Shown here piece by piece: positions 1 to 9,241 of a DNA stretch of 64,000 nucleotides. A program made the position numbers and the translations under genes. This DNA comes from Chitinophagales bacterium (lineage in GTDB: Bacteria; Bacteroidota; Bacteroidia; Chitinophagales; UBA8649), in contig JBMHCE010000055.1 of assembly GCA_049890075.1 (NCBI GenBank), positions 9,435 to 73,434 of the forward strand. The letters are read 5' to 3'. Every line of letters starts with the position of its first letter. Positions within the stretch are counted from its first letter, which is position 1. Under the pieces are notes generated by a model. It searched no databases. It was not told the DNA's origin and saw nothing but the letters and a program-made list of their open reading frames with translations.

Positions 1-831
1 ATATGACTGAATCATTTCAGCATAGCCCGTATTGTAATTGATAGCTACTTCCATAGCCACACCATCTTCCTCACTTGAGATATAAATGGGTTTTTCAATA
101 AGACTTGTGCGCGTGTTATCGAGATATTGAACGAAGTCTACTAATCCATTTTCTGAAAAGAATTGTTCAGTAACATAGTTTCCATCATCATCTTTACGTC
201 GCTCATCGGTCAATGTGATGTTGATGCCTTTGTTCAGGAAAGCCATTTCTCGAATACGATTGGAAAGCGTCTCGTACTTGAAGGTTGTGTCATCAAAGAT
301 GCTCGCATCAGGCATAAAGGTTACCGTAGTACCTGTATCGGATGAATCAGTTTCGCCAACTTGCTTAGCATCATATAAAGGTTTACCTGCACTGTATTCC
401 TGAACGACAACCTTTCCTTCGCGGTGTACTTCGACTTTCATAGCGCTCGATAAGGCGTTGACACAACTTACCCCTACACCATTCAGACCACCAGATACTT
501 TATAGTTATTCTTGTCGAACTTACCTCCGGCATGGAGTTCCGTCATCACCACTTCCAAGGCTGATTTTTGCATTTCCTTGTGCATGCCAATTGGAATTCC
601 CCTTCCGTTATCTTTTACCGAAAGGCTTCCATCAGCACCAATAACAATGTTTATGGTATCGCAATGGCCTGCGAGTGCTTCGTCGACAGAGTTATCTAGA
701 ACTTCCCAAACCAATTGATGGAGTGCTCGGGCATCGGTTCCCCCGACGTACATACCTGGACGCATTCGTACTGCCTCTAAACCCTTTAGTGCTCTAATAT
801 TATCAGCGCTGTAATTTGACGTATTTGACAT
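1..831 (-). CDS. gyrB: DNA gyrase subunit B, N-terminal part (runs off the window edge)
   Basis: Manual translation from ATG at 831: MSNTSNYSADNIRALKGLEAVRMRPGMYVGGTDARALHQLVWEVLDNSVDEALAGHC, plus GHKL ATPase motifs (DNGRGIP, HAGGKF, SGGLNGVG). Confidence 0.93.
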   Translation of the reverse strand, partial: MSNTSNYSADNIRALKGLEAVRMRPGMYVGGTDARALHQLVWEVLDNSVDEALAGHCDTINIVIGADGSLSVKDNGRGIPIGMHKEMQKSALEVVMTELHAGGKFDKNNYKVSGGLNGVGVSCVNALSSAMKVEVHREGKVVVQEYSAGKPLYDAKQVGETDSSDTGTTVTFMPDASIFDDTTFKYETLSNRIREMAFLNKGINITLTDERRKDDDGNYVTEQFFSENGLVDFVQYLDNTRTSLIEKPIYISSEEDGVAMEVAINYNTGYAEMIQSY

Positions 832-1006
832 AGTGAGTGAATTTACATCAGAGGCGCTCTTTTTTCTAACAAAAATGCTAGGATATGTACACAAATCCAC
901 AAAGCGTTTCATCGAAATAAAGATTTTGTAATTATTGACCTGAACAATTGAGAAACATTAGGTTATTTTACGCATTAACCCTATCTTCAAAAGGAATAAA
1001 AACATT

Positions 1007-1420
1007 ATGCGTTATACCTTATTTACCCTGCTTTTGACTGGAATCGTTTTTCTTCAACCTGCCTCAGCGCAAGAAAGTGTTGTAGAATCGAATGACTACA
1101 AGATATCATACGACGTTCAAGACTGTCACGATATCGCCAACGGAATCCACAGAGCCTATGCCCTGGTGACCTTTGAGAACAAGACAAATGAAGAAATAAC
1201 CCTTCATTTTGATATGGAAAGATACCTTAACGGGGTTTGCCGGACGTGCAACAACGAAGACAACGGCTTACATCACTCCATATCCTTAAAACCACTTGAA
1301 ACTATTGCGGGTACTTGTGAGTCTTCTGAAAGTTACCTCCGTGTTTTCTCAAAGCACTTAGACTTACCAAATTACAGCACCCTTACTGATCTTAAGTTTA
1401 CCAATATTGAATTAAAATAA
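1007..1420 (+). CDS. Small secreted hypothetical protein with Sec signal peptide and 4 Cys
   Basis: ORF with signal peptide ending ASA-Q; 24 bp upstream of the large T9SS cargo gene, same strand. Confidence 0.8.
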   Translation: MRYTLFTLLLTGIVFLQPASAQESVVESNDYKISYDVQDCHDIANGIHRAYALVTFENKTNEEITLHFDMERYLNGVCRTCNNEDNGLHHSISLKPLETIAGTCESSESYLRVFSKHLDLPNYSTLTDLKFTNIELK

Positions 1421-1444
1421 GGCAAACAACCTCCACAAAACACT

Positions 1445-4400
1445 ATGAAACATCTCTCTTTTCTTTTTAGCTGTCTTTTCCTAGTATCAACAGCAACAGC
1501 ACAAAATCAAGGTTGTATTGTAGACCTATTTTCGAGTTCACCTGCGCCACAAGTCGATTGTGAGGACACCATTACGTTTACGGCTGCAGGCTATGGACAA
1601 GGACTAGTCATCGAATTATTCGGACCTGCAGGGCCACTTGATACGAACTGGCAAACTACCTCACAAGCAGTATACTCCAATCCATGTGGACCCGGTCCAT
1701 CAGGTGCAGCCAATGACCCTCATTTATGGATGGGTGACCTAGCGTCAGTACCTCGGTCACTAACTACCAATGGCCTTAACACAAGTCAAGGTGCACTTAT
1801 CTGCTTCGATCTAAGAATGGCTATACAAAGTGAGGCCGCGCCATGTGAAGGACCAGATGAGCCAGACGAAGGAGTTTTTCTCCAGTACAGTACGGACAAC
1901 GGAAATACATGGGTAACAATCGACTATTTCAACCCTGATACTAACGGTTGTGGCGGTCAAGCGGGTTGTGGTTTTACTTCATGGGGTAATTATTGTTTTA
2001 CTCTGCCCCCGGCAGCATGGACATCGAGCACTCAAATCCGATGGATTCAAACCTCTGATTCAGGATCCGGATTTGACCACTGGGGATTAGATAACATTCA
2101 AATTACTGGAAACGATAGCACGTATTACTATTACTGGGATGATCCAATTGTGGGGGATACCAATACACGAGTGGTTATTCCTACGATTGACTCTACGATC
2201 ATAGTGTTTTATACAAACGGACTTTCCGATACCTGCTCAGATACAGTTTCTTACACTATGAATCCGACCGATGCAGGTCCTCCTGTCATTGCCGCTTGCG
2301 ACCCAACAGGTCCGGGTGAAATGCTTATGGGTAGTGGTGCCGTAAATGTTGTTTGGACACCAAACCAAGACATCATCAATGCCAATACGTTAACACCCAC
2401 TGTATTCCCAGCCAATGATATCTATTATACCATGACATCAGCCTGTGGCGAGGATAGTGTGCTTGTGGATGTGGTTCCTGCCATCAATTTAGCGCCAATT
2501 GCTGATGATACCATCTGCTTATTTGGTACGACAACATTAACTGCTGTTCCAAGTCCAGCTTCCGTTCCAATCGGTAGTGTTGCTTGGACGCCAGCCACTG
2601 GGCTCAACGATGCGACAGCATTAAGCGTAGTTGCATCACCAGCATCAACGACCACTTATGTAGTAGAAGTAACTACCGTAGATGGGTGTAATGTTTTTGA
2701 TACGGTTGAAGTTGTCGTTTCAGGAAGCCAACCCATCATCAACTCCTCCAATGACACTACGCTGTGTGCGGGAGACTCATTAAATCTTTTCACCGAGGTA
2801 CTTCCTCCTGCTTCAGGACAATATGTAGTCACACCGATTCCTTATGCACCTGTTACCTGTACTTCACCTACAACCCTCAGCCTTTCGGATGATCAAGTAA
2901 GTGCAGCGATACCTATTGGATTTCCATTCCTTTTTTACGGAAACACGTATACCGACATCTATGTGTCTTCCAATGGGTTTGTAACGTTTAACCCAGGTTC
3001 TCCAAGCGGTTGTTGCTCCGGAGAAGATCTACTCGTGGATAATAGCCTCTTTGACCCCACTAATCTTATCGCATTAGCATGGAATGATCTTAATCCCAAT
3101 AGCGGGGGAACCATTTCATACTGTATTGAAGGAAGTGCACCCAACCGACGTTTCATTATCGACTACAGCGGTGTTCCTCACTTTGGCGGTAGCCAAGGAG
3201 TAACCGGTCAAATCATACTTTATGAAGGCACGGGGGTAATCGACATCATCTCCACTGACATCATCAATGACGGTGGAAACATGACTCAAGGAATTCAAAA
3301 CAACACCTTAGTTGATCCAGTGGATGGAGCTCCTGTCCCTAACCGAAATATTGCGGATTGGAATGCTACGAACGACGCATGGAGTTTCATTCCTTATGTT
3401 CAGGCTAATGTTTACGAATACCTTTGGACCCCGGCTACTGGATTAGATGATCCTACCTCGCCGACACCGGTATTTACAGGAAATGTCAGCACACAATATG
3501 TCGTCTCTGTTACCCCACAAGGAACAACTTGTTCTGCAATTGACACCATTGATGTAAATGTAGTTCCTGGATTCACCTACACACTCTCTCAGAGTGATGA
3601 TACGGTATGTAGAAATCAGGCAGTCAACTTAGATGTTAATGCAGCACCAGGGACAACCTATACCTACGCATGGTCACCAGACGCAGATCTCGATGTAAAT
3701 GACGCAGCTTCTGTGGTGGCAACGCCAACAGCCAATGGCACGAATACATACAATGTACTAATCACAGCGGCTAACAATTGTGCCATCTTGGACAGCTTTG
3801 ACGTATTTGTTGCAGGAGAAGCTCCATCGCGTATCGAATTCGACGGCTATCCCTTCATTTGCCAGGGTGACAGCGTAGAAATTACAGCTACACCTTGCGT
3901 TGGAGTTACCTTGTCAGACAATTTCGATGGCGGGTTTGATCCAAGTATTTGGGCTAACGTAACCTCGTTCGATTTAAATGGCGATTGTGGCTCGGTTTCG
4001 GGTGACGCACTTCACTTTGACGGCGGAACTAGCGTTGGAACCGATCGTGTAGCCGAAACGCTTCCAATTGACGCATCATCTGGAGGAAGCATCGACTTCT
4101 GGCTCATCATGGGTAGTTCTTCTACTTCGGGTTCTGGATGTGAAAATGCTGATGCGGGAGAAAATGTTGCCCTACAATATTCAATCGATGGAGGATTAAC
4201 ATGGGTGGATATTGCAGTCTATGACGAGGCACTTTGGGAAACCAATCCTGCATTCCAGTTTTTCTCTGAGCCTATCCCAGCAGCTGCACAAACTTCTTCC
4301 ACTCAATTCAGGTTCGCACAGATCCAATTCAGTGCATGTACAAATTGCGATGAGTGGGCAATTGACGATGTGACCATTTCTGCAGGATGCTGTGGACCAG

Positions 4401-7342
4401 CGTGTGGAGTGTTTGAATACAGCTGGTCACCTGCGGCAGGATTAAGTGATCCTACTATTGCCAATCCAATTGTAAGCGCATCAACTCCTACTACCTATAC
4501 GGTAACCGTCACACCTATCGGAACAACATGTTCTTCACAAGCAGATCTTTTTGTCAATGTAGGTCCAGATTTCAATTATACCTTAACTCAATCTGATGAT
4601 ACGATTTGTTTGAACAATACTGTTCAATTTAACGTCGCTGCCGATGCAACCTTTGGACCATATACTTATGCATGGGGCGGAACGGGTGAGTTAGACTTTG
4701 ATTCTATTGCCAACCCAACTTCTACTCCGAGTGAAAGCGACTCCACGTACACTTACACATTAGAGGTTACTTCGGCCAATGGATGTCGAAACTATGACAC
4801 AGCAATTGTTGTAGTTAATGGCGCTGCTCCGCCGAGCATCAGTTTCTTCACAGGAACGAACTCTACCGTGTATTGTGGAGGTGCTCCCCTTCTGTTAACC
4901 GCTCAGGTCATCGACACATTTGGCTTTGTAGAAGATTGGGAATCCGGAGTAATTGATCCAGCGATTTGGGGTAATACACTTAATGTTGTTATCGACGGAT
5001 TCAATGGGGTAAGCAACGCTTTACATGCAACGCAAGGAGCCTCAGGTACTGGACGTTTCTTAGAGACTGTACCGTTAGACTTATCCAATGGCGGTAGCAT
5101 AGAGTTTGATTTTTATGCGGGTTATCAAAATGCGTATGAAAGCACCGAAGTACCTGTTCTCCAGTATTCAGTTGACGGAGGACTTACATGGATAGAAATC
5201 GACAACTACTCCTTGGCTACTGGCGCTACAAACTTCACTCAGTTTTTCTCCTATCCTATTCCGGCAGGAGCACAAACACCGAATACTATTATCCGATGGT
5301 TCCAACCTTCGCACTCTACAGGCATCAATGATGACTGGGGCTTAGATAATGTATCAATACAAACTGGTTGTTCAGGAGCTGGATGCGGAAGTTTCGATGT
5401 TGCGTGGTCTGCACAAACTCAGCCGTTTAGCTTTTTCCCAGTACTTGGTGACACAACCTTTGTATCTCCAGGTAACCAGGTTAATCCTTCGGCACCAAAT
5501 GGACCGGCAGCAGGTGATTGGTATATCGCTACAGTTACTGCTAGCGGAACTACATGTTCCAATAGTGATAGCATCTTTATCTACTATGGACCATCTTCGC
5601 AGAGCTTAACGCCAGATACAGCTATTTGTCTTGGTGACTCCTTAACCTTAACGGCAACGGGTGGCTTACTCTATAATTGGACTAACGCACCTGAATCCAA
5701 TGCACCAGTTGGAATTACAGGACAGAACTTTATTGATGTCTATCCTACAACGACTACTACCTATACTGTCAATGTAGATTCATTAAACTGTCCTCCTGGT
5801 GGTATTGACTTGAGTACAACCATAACCGTAGTTGATATCCAGGTGGTAGAGCCTTCAGATACACAAACTTGTTTTGCAAGTCCAGTTGAAATCTCCTACA
5901 CCGAACTTGCTGGACCGTATGAGTACTCTTGGACACCTGCAAACCTTTTCAACGCCTCACCCGGTATGGGAATGACGTCTTCTGAGGTCGTAAGTCCTGC
6001 CTTTGATATCACGCTTAATGTGGAGATCAGCGGACCAGGTGGAATCTGCGCAGAACAGTTCGATGTTTTCGTTGATGTTATTGAGCAGCAGATTGTGCCA
6101 ATTACTACAGACAATCCGATCATATGTAATAGTTCGTCTGCTGTTATCTCTGCGCCAGGTGGATATACATTCTATTCCTGGAATACTGGTGTATCAGGAG
6201 TTGATGCAGATTCAATTACGATTAATGCTGGTGGTCCATACTTCGGAACAGTGACTACTCTCGATGGATGCGACTGGCCAACAGATACGATTGTGATTCA
6301 ACAAATCAATTCCGAGCAAGATCTTCTTCCAGACACGACCTATATCTGTGAAGAGACATCTACCTTTAACTTGGTAGCCCCACTTAATCCTAATGGTGAG
6401 CAATTCACTTACCAATGGCTTGATGGAGGTCCTGCAAGTAATGCTTGGAATGGATTGACGAGCACGGGTGTCTACACGGTGAGAATATCTTCCGATATCT
6501 GTACAGGAGAAGATTCAACCTTAGTCTTCCGTTTAACTGCACCGACGATTGATTTCACCGATCAACTCGCTTATCTATGTTGCGATGGAGAATTACTCCT
6601 TGAGCCAACTATCGATGTAGTTGCTCCAAACGCTGTGGGGGTTTACCTATGGTCTAATGGTGATGATACACCAACCACAACGGTAGATAATGATGGCGAT
6701 TATGTAATCACTTTGTTTGATGCATTTGGTTGTGCGTCCGTTTCAGATACAATTACTGTAACGAGAATTTGTAACGATGTTGACTTAACCGTCGCGATGG
6801 ATTCTGTGTTTATTACTCAGCTAAGTGACAGCATTGAGGCCTCTGTAACGACAGACCCAAGTGCACTGGTTACTGACTACGAGTCTAATTGGACAGTCGA
6901 CGACTTTAATGCTATTCTTACTAATTCAGATGGCTTCATTACAGGATTGACCTCAGAGGTACCTGGCATTTACACAGTATTTTATGATGTCACAAGTTCG
7001 ACGGTCACTCCTACTGGTGATACCGTTGTCTGTGTTGAACAAACGCGAAGTACAGATATTGTAGTCCGCGATATCATTCAGCTTCTATTGCCAGATGCCT
7101 TTACACCAAACGGAGATGGCTTAAATGACATCTTTGCACCATCTAATCCAAGTTTAGATATCGTGAGCTTAGATATCTTTAATCGATGGGGTGAGCAAGT
7201 GTATGGATATGACGGTAACGGTTGGGACGGACGTTGGAATAATCAGGACCAACAACCTGGAACCTATATGTACTATCTACAAATTCGTTATGCCAATGGC
7301 GAAATTGATAATATAACGGGAACAGTGAGTCTAATCCGCTAA
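1445..7342 (+). CDS. Large T9SS type-B CTD (gliding-motility-associated C-terminal domain) surface protein with 3 Reelin-like subrepeats, a NIDO-like domain and Ig/PKD-like spacers
   Basis: Signal peptide; C-terminus LPDAFTPNGDGLNDIF..IFNRWG..GWDG..GTYMY..GTVSLIR; three LQYSxDxGxTW...T-x-(I/F)R(W/F)xQ...W(G/A)(L/I)D(N/D) units; repeated WxPATGL-like spacers. Confidence 0.92.
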   Translation: MKHLSFLFSCLFLVSTATAQNQGCIVDLFSSSPAPQVDCEDTITFTAAGYGQGLVIELFGPAGPLDTNWQTTSQAVYSNPCGPGPSGAANDPHLWMGDLASVPRSLTTNGLNTSQGALICFDLRMAIQSEAAPCEGPDEPDEGVFLQYSTDNGNTWVTIDYFNPDTNGCGGQAGCGFTSWGNYCFTLPPAAWTSSTQIRWIQTSDSGSGFDHWGLDNIQITGNDSTYYYYWDDPIVGDTNTRVVIPTIDSTIIVFYTNGLSDTCSDTVSYTMNPTDAGPPVIAACDPTGPGEMLMGSGAVNVVWTPNQDIINANTLTPTVFPANDIYYTMTSACGEDSVLVDVVPAINLAPIADDTICLFGTTTLTAVPSPASVPIGSVAWTPATGLNDATALSVVASPASTTTYVVEVTTVDGCNVFDTVEVVVSGSQPIINSSNDTTLCAGDSLNLFTEVLPPASGQYVVTPIPYAPVTCTSPTTLSLSDDQVSAAIPIGFPFLFYGNTYTDIYVSSNGFVTFNPGSPSGCCSGEDLLVDNSLFDPTNLIALAWNDLNPNSGGTISYCIEGSAPNRRFIIDYSGVPHFGGSQGVTGQIILYEGTGVIDIISTDIINDGGNMTQGIQNNTLVDPVDGAPVPNRNIADWNATNDAWSFIPYVQANVYEYLWTPATGLDDPTSPTPVFTGNVSTQYVVSVTPQGTTCSAIDTIDVNVVPGFTYTLSQSDDTVCRNQAVNLDVNAAPGTTYTYAWSPDADLDVNDAASVVATPTANGTNTYNVLITAANNCAILDSFDVFVAGEAPSRIEFDGYPFICQGDSVEITATPCVGVTLSDNFDGGFDPSIWANVTSFDLNGDCGSVSGDALHFDGGTSVGTDRVAETLPIDASSGGSIDFWLIMGSSSTSGSGCENADAGENVALQYSIDGGLTWVDIAVYDEALWETNPAFQFFSEPIPAAAQTSSTQFRFAQIQFSACTNCDEWAIDDVTISAGCCGPACGVFEYSWSPAAGLSDPTIANPIVSASTPTTYTVTVTPIGTTCSSQADLFVNVGPDFNYTLTQSDDTICLNNTVQFNVAADATFGPYTYAWGGTGELDFDSIANPTSTPSESDSTYTYTLEVTSANGCRNYDTAIVVVNGAAPPSISFFTGTNSTVYCGGAPLLLTAQVIDTFGFVEDWESGVIDPAIWGNTLNVVIDGFNGVSNALHATQGASGTGRFLETVPLDLSNGGSIEFDFYAGYQNAYESTEVPVLQYSVDGGLTWIEIDNYSLATGATNFTQFFSYPIPAGAQTPNTIIRWFQPSHSTGINDDWGLDNVSIQTGCSGAGCGSFDVAWSAQTQPFSFFPVLGDTTFVSPGNQVNPSAPNGPAAGDWYIATVTASGTTCSNSDSIFIYYGPSSQSLTPDTAICLGDSLTLTATGGLLYNWTNAPESNAPVGITGQNFIDVYPTTTTTYTVNVDSLNCPPGGIDLSTTITVVDIQVVEPSDTQTCFASPVEISYTELAGPYEYSWTPANLFNASPGMGMTSSEVVSPAFDITLNVEISGPGGICAEQFDVFVDVIEQQIVPITTDNPIICNSSSAVISAPGGYTFYSWNTGVSGVDADSITINAGGPYFGTVTTLDGCDWPTDTIVIQQINSEQDLLPDTTYICEETSTFNLVAPLNPNGEQFTYQWLDGGPASNAWNGLTSTGVYTVRISSDICTGEDSTLVFRLTAPTIDFTDQLAYLCCDGELLLEPTIDVVAPNAVGVYLWSNGDDTPTTTVDNDGDYVITLFDAFGCASVSDTITVTRICNDVDLTVAMDSVFITQLSDSIEASVTTDPSALVTDYESNWTVDDFNAILTNSDGFITGLTSEVPGIYTVFYDVTSSTVTPTGDTVVCVEQTRSTDIVVRDIIQLLLPDAFTPNGDGLNDIFAPSNPSLDIVSLDIFNRWGEQVYGYDGNGWDGRWNNQDQQPGTYMYYLQIRYANGEIDNITGTVSLIR

Positions 7343-7357
7343 TCGTAAACTAAGTAT

Positions 7358-7387
7358 AAAGCCCTCCTTTTGGGGGGCTTTTTTTTT
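7358..7387 (+). terminator. Rho-independent terminator
   Basis: aaagccctcc-tttt-ggggggcttt hairpin followed by a T-run, just after the stop at 7342. Confidence 0.85.
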
Positions 7388-7398
7388 GAAAACTATTT

Positions 7399-8388
7399 AT
7401 GAACAAACCCAAAATCGGCGTTCTCGGACTCGGGCATTTAGGAAAGATTCACCTCAAGCTTCTACTAGAACAACCCCATGCGATTTGCTCAGGAGTATAT
7501 GACACCAATAAGTCAAGGTGTGAGGCTATGCAGGAACGATATGATGTCCATGTATTTTCCAATGAAGAGGAGTTGATTAAGGCATCTGACGCTGTAATCT
7601 TGGTGACCCCTACTCCATCTCACTATTCCCTCGCCAAACAATGTCTTTTGCAAGCAAAACATGTTTTTATTGAAAAACCTCTATGTTCCCATCTTGACGA
7701 GGCCTTGGATCTAAAAAGACTGAGCGACAGCAATAAGTGCATTGTTCAAATTGGTCATGTTGAGCGATTTAATCCCGCATTTCAGGCTGCTCAAGCAGAG
7801 CCGATCGAACCGATGTTTATTGAATGTCATCGCCTCGCCCCATTCAACCCTAGAGGCACGGATGTTTCGGTCGTAATGGATCTTATGATTCATGATCTCG
7901 ACCTCATTTTATCTTTAGTTGATTCAGAGGTTGAAAAGATTGATGCGACGGGTGTATCTATAGTCAGCCCGGCTCCTGACATCGCTAACGTCCGGCTCAC
8001 CTTTACAAACGGCTGCGTAGTGAACTGCACAGCAAGCCGGGTATCGATGAAAGCCATGAGAAAAATGCGTGTCTTCCAGCATCAAAACTATTTGAGTATG
8101 GATTTCATAGAAAAGTCTACAGAGAGGATTCAACTGCATGACACCCTACCTGAACATTCTTCTAATACACCCATTGAAATTGAAGGGCATGAATCGAAAA
8201 AATACCTGGAGTATAACAAATCAGAGCCCTCACAAAACAATGCTATTATGGAAGAGCAAGCTAATTTCATAGAAGCCATTACCAACGGCGCAACTGTCTT
8301 AGTGCCTATTGAGGACGGTATACGATGTCTCGACTTAGCTCTTCAAATTGATGAATGTATTCAAGAATACCAGAAACACTACCAATAG
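7399..8388 (+). CDS. Gfo/Idh/MocA family NAD(P)-dependent oxidoreductase
   Basis: GVLGLGHLG Rossmann motif, EKP, GHVERFNPA, DLMIHDLD. Confidence 0.9.
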   Translation: MNKPKIGVLGLGHLGKIHLKLLLEQPHAICSGVYDTNKSRCEAMQERYDVHVFSNEEELIKASDAVILVTPTPSHYSLAKQCLLQAKHVFIEKPLCSHLDEALDLKRLSDSNKCIVQIGHVERFNPAFQAAQAEPIEPMFIECHRLAPFNPRGTDVSVVMDLMIHDLDLILSLVDSEVEKIDATGVSIVSPAPDIANVRLTFTNGCVVNCTASRVSMKAMRKMRVFQHQNYLSMDFIEKSTERIQLHDTLPEHSSNTPIEIEGHESKKYLEYNKSEPSQNNAIMEEQANFIEAITNGATVLVPIEDGIRCLDLALQIDECIQEYQKHYQ

Positions 8389-8404
8389 ATTACCTTTAGA
8401 CATC

Positions 8405-9241
8405 ATGAAATCACGGTTCTATTTTATCACGTTACTTTGTCTTGGAGGTATCCTGGGAATGAGCTCCTGCCAAGATGTTCCCAATGAAGGCCTACCCTCA
8501 TATATACAAATCAAGGAGGTAAGCTTTTTCAATGAAGATGGAGTGATTGACACCTTGAGTGGCGTCTATGATGTGTGGGTGCAAGTTGAGGGGGATGACC
8601 GAGGAGCCATTGGGTGGCCAAGTACATTCGCCATTTTAGCCCAAGGCGAAAAGCTTATCTTAATGGAGCCTGGCATCTATAAGGATGGGGACTTTTTGCA
8701 ACGAGAGGTCTATCCCTTTTATGATATCGTCCAAATTGATACCAGTCTCACCCTCTATGATACTCTTACCATAAACCCTGTGTTTCGGTATGCCCAAGGT
8801 ATACAGTTCAGTCTTCGAGAGACATTTGAGGTATCCAACAACTTTAGTAATCTCAATGCTGAGAATCCGCCTATACCCCTATCTGGAAAAGCTGGCGTTA
8901 TTCATTTGAATTCTTCCTTGACCAATGCAGAATGTACCATGTTAAATGCTGTGGGTCTTCCTAGTGGTCAACGTATTTTTTTAGAAATGCATTACAGCAG
9001 CACCAATGACTTTGCGATTGGATTACGAGGAGAAGATAATGGGAATGTCCTTGCCGATGCTTTTATCTATTATGCGCCCCCAACCCAAGACGGTCGATGG
9101 GAAAAACTCTATTTAGATGTAAGTAATGATATTGGACAAATCGATGCAGAATCTTACCGATTTTACTTGCAAACTTCACTATATCCCGATGTAGATAGCA
9201 GCTTCATCGCGATTGACAATGTCAAACTAGTGCACTTTTAA
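8405..9241 (+). CDS. Hypothetical lipoprotein
   Basis: ATG at 8405 gives MKSRFYFITLLCLGGILGMSSC lipobox; beta-rich C-terminus ending IDNVKLVHF. Confidence 0.75.
   Translation: MKSRFYFITLLCLGGILGMSSCQDVPNEGLPSYIQIKEVSFFNEDGVIDTLSGVYDVWVQVEGDDRGAIGWPSTFAILAQGEKLILMEPGIYKDGDFLQREVYPFYDIVQIDTSLTLYDTLTINPVFRYAQGIQFSLRETFEVSNNFSNLNAENPPIPLSGKAGVIHLNSSLTNAECTMLNAVGLPSGQRIFLEMHYSSTNDFAIGLRGEDNGNVLADAFIYYAPPTQDGRWEKLYLDVSNDIGQIDAESYRFYLQTSLYPDVDSSFIAIDNVKLVHF

Noticed and set aside
163-718. Short plus-strand ORFs (163-345, 215-403, 512-718)
   Set aside because: Antisense shadows of gyrB, which the ORF track missed because it runs off the edge
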